Origin: Promethearchaeum syntrophicum
Lineage (GTDB): Archaea > Asgardarchaeota > Lokiarchaeia > Sigyniarchaeales > Promethearchaeaceae
Assembly: GCF_008000775.2 (NCBI RefSeq)
Contig: NZ_CP042905.2
Coordinates: 840,001 to 872,000, forward strand
DNA: 32,000 nucleotides
Direction of reading: 5' to 3'
Of the stretch, positions 9,436 through 16,687 are shown in pieces. A program made the position numbers and the translations under genes. Positions within the stretch are counted from its first letter, which is position 1, and every line of letters begins with the position of its first letter. The notes under the pieces were generated by a model. The model did not search any database. It was not told the DNA's origin and saw only the letters and a program-made list of their open reading frames with translations.

Positions 9436-9447
9436 TAGATTTATCTC

Positions 9448-10077
9448 TTATTTGGGATTCAATTTCTCAATAATCTTTTTTAATTCACCATTATTTTTAA
9501 CAATTTTATTTAATAAATCTCTTTGTTCATCATTAAATTCATTACCATATTTTTTTTTCAAATCCAATAGTATTTTATGGGTGCTATTTTTTACTTTTTT
9601 TAACGTTTTCAACGTTTTATCATCAATTTTCTTATTTTCCAAAAAAGCTGAATCATCAATTATAAATTCTTTTTTCGGAGCCGTTTCTAAAATTTTAATG
9701 TCATGTTTTCTCCTAAGTAAAACTTGTTTTATTGCTTCAATTAACTCCGATGGATCTACTGGCTTTTCTAAATAATCATACGCACCTAATTTAATAGCCC
9801 CTATACAAGTATCTAAATTTGGTTCACCAGTAAAGAAAATAATTCCTCCATTTAAACCATATTCTTCTTTTAGTTTCGTCATCAGTTGGATTCCATTCAT
9901 TTTTGGAAGAATTATATCAACTAAAAATAAATCAAACGTAAATTGGGATACTAACTTCTTTGCAGAGGGAAAATCCATTGCAGTTTCTGCTATAAATCCT
10001 ATTTTCTCTACTATTTTTTTTACACTCTCTCTCAATACTTTTTCATCATCAATAACTAGTATTTTCGCTTTAGCCAT
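9448..10077 (-). CDS. Response regulator: CheY-like receiver domain plus a ~85-aa charged helical C-terminal extension, with no recognisable DNA-binding output
   Basis: KILVIDDE, phospho-acceptor context FDLFLVDIILPKMNG, IFFTGE and KLGAYDYLEKP. It lies 7 nt downstream of the histidine kinase gene on the same strand. Confidence 0.85.
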   Translation of the reverse strand: MAKAKILVIDDEKVLRESVKKIVEKIGFIAETAMDFPSAKKLVSQFTFDLFLVDIILPKMNGIQLMTKLKEEYGLNGGIIFFTGEPNLDTCIGAIKLGAYDYLEKPVDPSELIEAIKQVLLRRKHDIKILETAPKKEFIIDDSAFLENKKIDDKTLKTLKKVKNSTHKILLDLKKKYGNEFNDEQRDLLNKIVKNNGELKKIIEKLNPK

Positions 10078-10084
10078 AATTTAT

Positions 10085-11953
10085 TCACCTTTCTTCTTTT
10101 AAAAATTCAACATTTTCTGGAAATTCTAATATGAAAGTTGTTCCGCTTGTCTTTTTCTCATCATTTTTAGAATTTATAGCAGGACTCTTACAAAGAATCC
10201 TCCCGTAGTGATTTAGCATAATCGTATGAACTATTGACAGACTCAATCCTATATGATATTTTTTCAGTTCATTATTATATATCGTATATGGATCCCAGTT
10301 TGAATAAAATGGATCGAAAATTTTATCTAATTCATCTGCTTCAATCCCAATTCCATTGTCACTTATTGAGATTACTATATAATTTTTTTGTTGATATAAT
10401 ATATTTTCTAAAGTAATTTGAATTAATCCTTTAATTCCTTCTTTCAATTTTATTGATAAGTATGCATTTTCAATGATATTGTTTAATATATATTTTAATT
10501 GTGAGAAATTTCCATAAATCTTTGCCCGATTAATATTTTTTGTAAATTTAATTTTAACTTCTTTATATTTTTTTTGAGTTTTTATGTCATTTATTGTCTG
10601 TGCAACTACCTCAACTAAATCAGTGTTTTTTCTGAAATGTTTTTCCCTCGTAATTTCTGAAAAAAGTCTTAAATCTTTTAATACTGTCTTTATTCTTCTT
10701 CCTTCTAGTACAATATCATTTATTTGTGTCTTAATTGCAGATTTTGCATCAGTGAATTCTTTTTCTTCTTTATTTTGTTTAATATTAAAAATATCTTCAC
10801 AATCATCAACTAAGACTGATAGGGCTGAAATAATTGACATTAAAGGATTGTTAATCTGATGAGATAATAATGTTGAAATTTGCCCTATAATTGCGAATTT
10901 TTGAGCTACTTTTAGATCTTCCTGAAAATTCTTAATTTTTTCTTTAGAAGATAAAATTTCTTCATCTTTATTTCTTAATGCTAAATGGTATTCATAAATT
11001 TTTTTCTGAAGATGCTCTTCTTCAGATATGTCCTTCCCTGTTATTAAAATTGAATCGATTTTTCCATTATCGTTTATTACTGGAACTAACGACAAATTAA
11101 TTGTTCTAGAATTTGGTATTTCATTAGTTTTTCTTTCAGATTTTGTTTGGAATAGAAAGTTGTTTTCTAAAATAATTTCCTTATTTCTTACTTCAGTTAA
11201 TAGTTCGTAGAAGTTTTCCTCATTTCTTCCTGGAACTAGTGGTAATTTTTTGTTTTTTATTTCACTAAATTTAAATTTGGTTGAGTTTTCTGCAGCTTTA
11301 TTCCAAAATATTACTTTTCCAGTTAAATCAGCGTCAATTATTATATCTGGACTTGAATTTAGAAGTAAATTTAAAAAATTATTCGTTTTATTATCTTTTG
11401 TTTCTAGATGAGTTATATCTTTGTACAGTCGAGCTTGTAATATGGCAATACTAACTATTGGTTTTATTTCTTCAAGTAAAGCAATTTCTTTCTCTGAAAT
11501 TTTCTCAGTTCTTTTTAAAAAATAAAAGCAAAGAGAACCTACCATTTGGTCCTCTTTAATATAAAGGGGTATTCCAAAAGCATAATTAAATCCTAAAGGT
11601 TTCAAAATTTTAGAAGCATCCATATTTTTGGAATAATTGGATAGAGCGATATACTTCTTATTTCTTTCACGGTAAAGTCTATTATCTAAACCTTGTTCAT
11701 CTGGTTTTAATAAGGACCCCTTAATTGACATTTCTTCTGAAATATTATATGTCGTATTATAAAAACCAATTTCTGGACCCCAAAGAACTATTGTGGCAGC
11801 TTCTGCATGCAAGTAATGAGCACAAGCTTCTAATGTTTTTTCGAGAATTAAATCGGGTTCGGATGTTTCCAGCAGTTTTGATAATATTTGTTGTCTTTTT
11901 TTTATAGAATTATGAAAAAAATCTATTTCTATATTTTGCTTGGAATTATCCAT
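10085..11953 (-). CDS. Sensor histidine kinase (GAF-like, PAS, HisKA and HATPase_c regions), apparently cytoplasmic
   Basis: H-box LLSHQINNPL, N-box ILNNIIENAY, G1 ISDNGIGI and a G2-like HIGLSLSIV. A PAS-like segment reads DIIIDADLTGKVIFWNKAAE, and the N-terminal region is GAF-like. I saw no clear transmembrane segment. Confidence 0.85.
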   Translation of the reverse strand: MDNSKQNIEIDFFHNSIKKRQQILSKLLETSEPDLILEKTLEACAHYLHAEAATIVLWGPEIGFYNTTYNISEEMSIKGSLLKPDEQGLDNRLYRERNKKYIALSNYSKNMDASKILKPLGFNYAFGIPLYIKEDQMVGSLCFYFLKRTEKISEKEIALLEEIKPIVSIAILQARLYKDITHLETKDNKTNNFLNLLLNSSPDIIIDADLTGKVIFWNKAAENSTKFKFSEIKNKKLPLVPGRNEENFYELLTEVRNKEIILENNFLFQTKSERKTNEIPNSRTINLSLVPVINDNGKIDSILITGKDISEEEHLQKKIYEYHLALRNKDEEILSSKEKIKNFQEDLKVAQKFAIIGQISTLLSHQINNPLMSIISALSVLVDDCEDIFNIKQNKEEKEFTDAKSAIKTQINDIVLEGRRIKTVLKDLRLFSEITREKHFRKNTDLVEVVAQTINDIKTQKKYKEVKIKFTKNINRAKIYGNFSQLKYILNNIIENAYLSIKLKEGIKGLIQITLENILYQQKNYIVISISDNGIGIEADELDKIFDPFYSNWDPYTIYNNELKKYHIGLSLSIVHTIMLNHYGRILCKSPAINSKNDEKKTSGTTFILEFPENVEFLKEER

Positions 11954-11980
11954 TAAGATTTAACCTCGAATTTATTTCTA

Positions 11981-12004
11981 TTTATCAATTTATTTATCAA
12001 TTTA
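11981..12004. repeat. Perfect tandem 12-mer (TTTATCAATTTA x2) in a divergent promoter region
   Basis: TTTATCAATTTA at 11981-11992 is repeated exactly at 11993-12004, followed by TTTATA and TTTATATATA (12005-12020). It lies between the divergent histidine kinase gene (start 11953) and the LMW-PTP-like gene (start 12029 or 12041). Confidence 0.6.
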
Positions 12005-12028
12005 TTTATATTTATATATAAGAAATAT

Positions 12029-12532
12029 ATGGGTATTACAATGAATCGTTTGAAAAATGCTATGGATATTGGAATTGTTTGTATCGATAATACAAAATTA
12101 AGCCCAGTTGCAGCAGTGTTATTTAGATCTTACGCGCTTCAATCGAATATCCCTAAAGTTAGAGATATTCAATTCTATGATGCCGGATATAAACGCGGTG
12201 GAGAAGTTGCTAATTCTGCTAAAGGTTTTCTTCAAACACAGGGATTTGGAACAACCTATATGTTAGAATCTAGAAGAATTGATAAACAATGGATAAAATC
12301 AAAAGATATTATTTTAACAATGGATAAATTCATTAAAAGAGATATTATCTATGATTATCCGCTAGTCCATCAAGATTTAAAAGAAAAAGTATTCACTTTA
12401 ACTGAAATCGCTGGAATTCAAGAAAAAATTAGGGATCCTGGAGAAAATTACGAAGAGGATCTTGATTCGGTGTTTTTATTAATCGATAAATGCTGTAAAA
12501 AAATAATAAAAAAATTAGAACAAGCAAACTGA
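12029..12532 (+). CDS. Low-molecular-weight phosphotyrosine phosphatase (LMW-PTP/ArsC-fold)-like protein with a degenerate P-loop
   Basis: IGIVCIDNTKLSPVAAVLF aligns to the LMW-PTP signature V-C-x-G-N-x-C-R-S-P-x-A-E, and a late IRDPGENY resembles the DP-loop. The P-loop Arg position is Leu (CIDNTKLS). ATG at 12041 is an alternative start. Confidence 0.55.
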   Translation: MGITMNRLKNAMDIGIVCIDNTKLSPVAAVLFRSYALQSNIPKVRDIQFYDAGYKRGGEVANSAKGFLQTQGFGTTYMLESRRIDKQWIKSKDIILTMDKFIKRDIIYDYPLVHQDLKEKVFTLTEIAGIQEKIRDPGENYEEDLDSVFLLIDKCCKKIIKKLEQAN

Positions 12533-12554
12533 TACCATCAAAAAAACGAAGAAA

Positions 12555-13427
12555 ATGAAGAAATTGAAACTATGGGATTACCACGTGCATACTCAACTCT
12601 GCAATCATGCCAGAGGAAATGTAGAAGATTACGTGAAACAGGCAATTAAAATTGACTTAGGGGAAATTGGCGTAAGTGACCATTTTCCAATGCTTTTATT
12701 GCCCGAAGAGTCGCATGACTTTGCTATGGGTATAAATGAATTTCCAGAATATTTAGACGAATGTAAACGCGCTAAAAATAAATATAAAGATGAAATTACT
12801 GTGAAAATTGCTTCAGAAGTCGATTTTTCTCCCTCGTCATTTTCAGGATACAGAAAGCTTGTGTCCCCATATTTAGAAACTTTGGATTACATTATCGGGT
12901 CAATACATATAATTAAAATTCCTGAAACGGAAACATTTGCTATTGATGGACCAATTGCAAATGAGAAATTCAACCTTTTTGGAGAAGATAGAATTTTTAT
13001 TGCTTATTACAATGACCTTATTCGAATGGTTAAGAATGGATCGGATTTTTATAATATTGTAGGACATTTGGATTTACCAAAAAAATATGGGAATTTTTTA
13101 GGAGAATCGGAAAAAATTTGGAAAAAAATAGATGTCTTACTTGATTTAATCAAAGTTAAAGAATTAGTAGTTGAAATTAATCATTCCGGTTATTATAAAC
13201 CTGTTGGAATCCAATATCCAGATGATAAAATAATACGAGAGTTAGTCAAAAGAGAAATTCCAATAGTTTTAGGATCTGATTCACACTATCCGAAATATCT
13301 TGCCTTTAATTTTGAAAAAACACTTTCCAAATTAAAAAGAATGCAATTTGAAGAGAAAACTCAAGTTAATTTGTGTAAATTCTCAAAGAGAGAAAAAACT
13401 CTTATTAAATTGGACTCAGTTATCTGA
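12555..13427 (+). CDS. PHP-domain phosphoesterase (histidinol-phosphatase HisJ-like family)
   Basis: N-terminal DYHVHTQLCNHA motif, later GVSDHFP, IGSIHI, VGHLDLPKKYG and LGSDSH metal-ligand-like motifs. Both the motifs and the ~290-aa length are typical of HisJ-type PHP phosphatases. Confidence 0.7.
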   Translation: MKKLKLWDYHVHTQLCNHARGNVEDYVKQAIKIDLGEIGVSDHFPMLLLPEESHDFAMGINEFPEYLDECKRAKNKYKDEITVKIASEVDFSPSSFSGYRKLVSPYLETLDYIIGSIHIIKIPETETFAIDGPIANEKFNLFGEDRIFIAYYNDLIRMVKNGSDFYNIVGHLDLPKKYGNFLGESEKIWKKIDVLLDLIKVKELVVEINHSGYYKPVGIQYPDDKIIRELVKREIPIVLGSDSHYPKYLAFNFEKTLSKLKRMQFEEKTQVNLCKFSKREKTLIKLDSVI

Positions 13428-15188
13428 TTTTATTAGGTTTTTTTTAAATTCATTAAAATCCGACTCATTAAAGGACATCTTAAAATAATTTTTAAGATTT
13501 TCTTGATAATAGCATTTCAATTCTTTAAAAGTGCATTTTTCTAGTAATTTCACATAATTCAGACGCATTAAAACTTCTTTTTTATAGGGTCTTTTTGCAT
13601 TAATGAACACTATAGAGCTGAAAAATTCTTTAACTTCTGGAAAATTTAAAACTACCCAAGTAAAGAAGCATTCCATCAAATTTTCAAAGAAAAGATAGTA
13701 ACTCGTATCATCTAGTATCACTGTTTTATCATTTTGAGGTTTAATTAAACAGAAATTAAGTTTTTTGTAGAAACCTGAAACACCAATTTTATATGGTTTA
13801 AAAGTATATTCTCCAATTCCAAATATAGAAAAAAGAGGTTTCTCATGGTAAACTTTTGATTTTCTTGCGTTAAATTTATCCAAATTTTTATTTAAATAAT
13901 TCCATAGTTTTGGAGCCTTTTCTTCCAATAATTTGGTATCTTGCCCGAGCTTGTGTTGTGTAATTATTATTTTATAACGACTTTTTTTAGCAATTTTGAC
14001 TTGTAAATCCGAGGATTTTAGAAATGGATAGAGAAATTTTTTTTCTAGTTCAACTTCTTCATCATTTCCATTAAGTAAAAATCCTTTCTGATCATAATGT
14101 AAAACCATTACTTTAGACAAATCATGTTTAACACCATGTCTCCATATTTTGGGAGATTTTCCTTCCAACCATTTGTAATTCATGTAATTATCAATATTCG
14201 AAACAAATTTATTATCAACCCACCCAAAGGTACTGCATTTTGAATTATCTATATTTTCATTAAATGGTTGTTTTTTGCATATATATTCTGACGATTCACC
14301 AAAATGTGCAAAAAAAAGGGACCCATGAGCATTAATGTGAAAAATCTTTTGAAAATTCGTTCCTAATGCATAAATTTCAGACAAATTAATGGAAGATCTA
14401 CGATGTTCTTTCAATATTTTTTGTATTACCGTATCCTTCAATAAAAATGCGATTTTCCCACTCAATCCGCTTTTCATCAGATTTTGAAGTAAATTTATCA
14501 TTATATATTCAGCAATATCAAAATTACTTTTCCCGGTTAATGCATCTAATCCTTTTAATCCCATAAAATTTGATTTCTTAGGTGCATTTGAAGAATCTAA
14601 TTTAGATAATTCTGTATTTGTAATCCAAGGGGGATTACCAATAATTAAAAGTTCCTTTTTTGAATTCTTCTCTATTTTCTTAAAGATATCTAAATATTCA
14701 GAAGAGAAGATGTTAAATCGGTAGAAATTAATTTCAGCTTGAAAATTTAATTCAGACTTCAATTTAATTATATTTAATTTAAAAATCCATTCATATTTCG
14801 GCTGTATATCAACGCAATATATTATTTTTAATTTAGAAAAAGTTCTCAAAGCAGATATGATAAAATTTCCTTCTCCACAAGTTGGTTCCATTAAAATTTC
14901 TGGATTACAATCCTTTTTTTGTAAATACAAACAAATTTTAAGTGAAAAATCTAGTGGAGTTTGAAAGTCTCCAAGATCTTGATTTGAACATATTTCTTTT
15001 TTTTTATTATTTAGTAAATCTAAGAGAAAAACTCGGAATTCATTCAGATCTTTTTCAGATCGAAAAAAATTGTTTATGTTAGTCTTCTTTTTTAGTTCCT
15101 TGTTTATATCTTCAAGAGTTTTCTTATATTTTAAAAAATTATCAACCATATTCAAATTTTCATTGAGAAAATAAACTGAAAAAGGCAT
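13416..15188 (-). CDS. N6-adenine-specific DNA methyltransferase (gamma class, TaqI/Eco57I-like) with a C-terminal target-recognition region
   Basis: Motif order DLGDFQTPLDF, then SAM-binding motif I MEPTCGEGNFI, then catalytic motif IV IIGNPPWI. The C-terminal ~300 aa resembles TaqI-type specificity domains (FLYPFLKSSDL..., KIGVSGFYKKLNF, DDTSYYL). The 3' end overlaps the convergent PHP gene by 12 nt. Confidence 0.85.
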   Translation of the reverse strand: MPFSVYFLNENLNMVDNFLKYKKTLEDINKELKKKTNINNFFRSEKDLNEFRVFLLDLLNNKKKEICSNQDLGDFQTPLDFSLKICLYLQKKDCNPEILMEPTCGEGNFIISALRTFSKLKIIYCVDIQPKYEWIFKLNIIKLKSELNFQAEINFYRFNIFSSEYLDIFKKIEKNSKKELLIIGNPPWITNTELSKLDSSNAPKKSNFMGLKGLDALTGKSNFDIAEYIMINLLQNLMKSGLSGKIAFLLKDTVIQKILKEHRRSSINLSEIYALGTNFQKIFHINAHGSLFFAHFGESSEYICKKQPFNENIDNSKCSTFGWVDNKFVSNIDNYMNYKWLEGKSPKIWRHGVKHDLSKVMVLHYDQKGFLLNGNDEEVELEKKFLYPFLKSSDLQVKIAKKSRYKIIITQHKLGQDTKLLEEKAPKLWNYLNKNLDKFNARKSKVYHEKPLFSIFGIGEYTFKPYKIGVSGFYKKLNFCLIKPQNDKTVILDDTSYYLFFENLMECFFTWVVLNFPEVKEFFSSIVFINAKRPYKKEVLMRLNYVKLLEKCTFKELKCYYQENLKNYFKMSFNESDFNEFKKNLIKSDN

Positions 15189-15249
15189 CTTATTAAACTA
15201 TAAGTTAGGATTTAATTAATTTAATTAATAATTTTGCCTTAGAAAAAAT

Positions 15250-15981
15250 ATGTTTCGGATTCCCGAAAGGAAACATAGTAACAAGATTATAGAGAATTTA
15301 CTCTATTTTTCTGAGCTACAAATGTTAGATTGCAATATGTATATCCTAAAAGATGACGTTGGAGGATTAACTCTAATTGATTTGGGAAATGGATTATCAA
15401 TGAAACCTTTTATCGCATCTCTTGAGCAACTTGGTTTAAATCCCAAAAACATATCAAAAATACTTATCACGCATGAGCATCTTGATCATATAATGGGGAT
15501 TTACCCAATAATGGAATTATTAAAAAATAATCCTCCCGAAATTTTCGCTCATCCATATACTGCAGAATTATTGGAAGAAGGTGATGAAAAAAAAGTTGTT
15601 CCTCCGATGTTTGGAGCATCTCCAAAAACTTTTGGATTAACTATTGTTCCTATTAAAAATGTAACCCGGATTAATGAAAATGATGAAATTAAAATAGGAA
15701 CATTTAATTTAAGGGTCATCTATACTCCAGGTCATAGTAAAGGGTCAATCTCTTTTTATGAACTGAATAATAAAATATTATTTCCTGGTGATGTAGTTTT
15801 TCCTCATGGTTCTTTTGGACGTTATGATTTTCCAGGATGTTCCTTGAAGGATCTAAAAAATTCTATTAATAGATTGGCTGATTTAGATACAAATATGCTA
15901 TGTTCTGGTCATATGCCCCCGGTTGAAAAGGATGCCAAATCTCAAATCGCGAATTCTAAAAAAAATATAAATTGGATGTAG
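15250..15981 (+). CDS. MBL-fold metallo-hydrolase
   Basis: HxHxDH motif (ITHEHLDH), then TPGHSKGS, FPGD and a late GH, as in glyoxalase II-like beta-lactamase-fold hydrolases. Confidence 0.85.
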   Translation: MFRIPERKHSNKIIENLLYFSELQMLDCNMYILKDDVGGLTLIDLGNGLSMKPFIASLEQLGLNPKNISKILITHEHLDHIMGIYPIMELLKNNPPEIFAHPYTAELLEEGDEKKVVPPMFGASPKTFGLTIVPIKNVTRINENDEIKIGTFNLRVIYTPGHSKGSISFYELNNKILFPGDVVFPHGSFGRYDFPGCSLKDLKNSINRLADLDTNMLCSGHMPPVEKDAKSQIANSKKNINWM

Positions 15982-16061
15982 AATCAAATGCCGAAATTTT
16001 TATTTACTAATAAGATCAATAAAACATTGGAATAAAAAAAAAAAAATAAGGTAGAAAAATC

Positions 16062-16123
16062 TTGGAAAGTGCAAAAATGGATAGGGGTGTATAGTTCTGG
16101 CGATTTTGGAAAGTGCAATAATG
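16062..16123 (+). repeat. Duplicated 18-nt translation-start segment; the upstream copy opens a 10-codon mini-ORF
   Basis: TTGGAAAGTGCAAAAATG (16062-16079) and TTGGAAAGTGCAATAATG (16106-16123) match at 17 of 18 nt, 44 nt apart. The first copy reads MESAKMDRGV-stop (16062-16094). The second is the start of the longin-like gene (MESAIMFKG...). Confidence 0.6.
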
Positions 16124-16567
16124 TTTAAAGGTACAAATTTAATAGAAAAGCAATTTTATTCTACAGATGACGTTTTAGATAAAAACATTCGAAATAGCCT
16201 TTTGCAAGCAATATCTGGTCTAGCAGCTAATGCTTTCAACGATGAAATCAGAAGTTTCACATTGGGGGATTTTTCCATTATTTTAATGACTCAAGTATTA
16301 TCTGATCCTAATCAAATTAATAATCCATCATACACTCCTTCTTTTCAGGACACTCTTTTGATGTTTTGCATCTGCGAAAAGAATACAGATGAGAGCGCAA
16401 TTCAAAAAGGAATGGCTGATGCCCTTTTTCAATTTCAAAACAGGTATTCTCTTAATGATATCTACGCGAAGAAAAAAAAGAAGTTTAGTAATTTTACAAA
16501 ACGACTAGATAATATTTTCAAAGATCTCATCTTGAAATCTGAAGATCGGTTTAAACTGTTGTTTTAA
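16106..16567 (+). CDS. Longin-like small protein, paralog A (hypothetical)
   Basis: 153 aa and a clear paralog of the 17963-18421 product: DEIRSFTLGDFSIILMTQ vs DDIQKFTLGTYTIVLLTQ, CICEKNTDESAIQKGMADAL vs CIVNKNTDIDWLRKAMKNTL, and KSEDRFKLLF vs KKEDRFRNVF. The element order is beta-beta-alpha-beta-beta-alpha-alpha. The TTG start at 16106 is supported because MESAIMFK aligns with KMAILEV of the paralog. Confidence 0.6.
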   Translation: MESAIMFKGTNLIEKQFYSTDDVLDKNIRNSLLQAISGLAANAFNDEIRSFTLGDFSIILMTQVLSDPNQINNPSYTPSFQDTLLMFCICEKNTDESAIQKGMADALFQFQNRYSLNDIYAKKKKKFSNFTKRLDNIFKDLILKSEDRFKLLF

Positions 16568-16687
16568 TTGCAATTTCACACATAAATGAACAAGAAAAGT
16601 AACTTCACGGTAAGATTTTTCCATTTTTATTTTTTACGAAGAATCTTCTGATATTTTTTATATAGAAATTGAGAGAATCTAATTTAG

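Noticed and set aside
15189-15249. AT-only palindromes (TTAATTAATTTAATTAATAA) between the methyltransferase and MBL genes as a regulatory site
   Set aside because: They consist purely of A/T in a ~30% GC genome, so self-complementarity is expected by chance. They are probably just TATA-like promoter sequence.
12029-15981. The LMW-PTP-like, PHP, methyltransferase and MBL genes taken together as a restriction-modification or other defence island
   Set aside because: There is no nuclease, helicase/ATPase, specificity subunit or other defence-associated domain that I can recognise. Gene orientations are mixed (convergent and divergent) rather than operonic. The PHP and MBL proteins have ordinary small-molecule hydrolase motifs.
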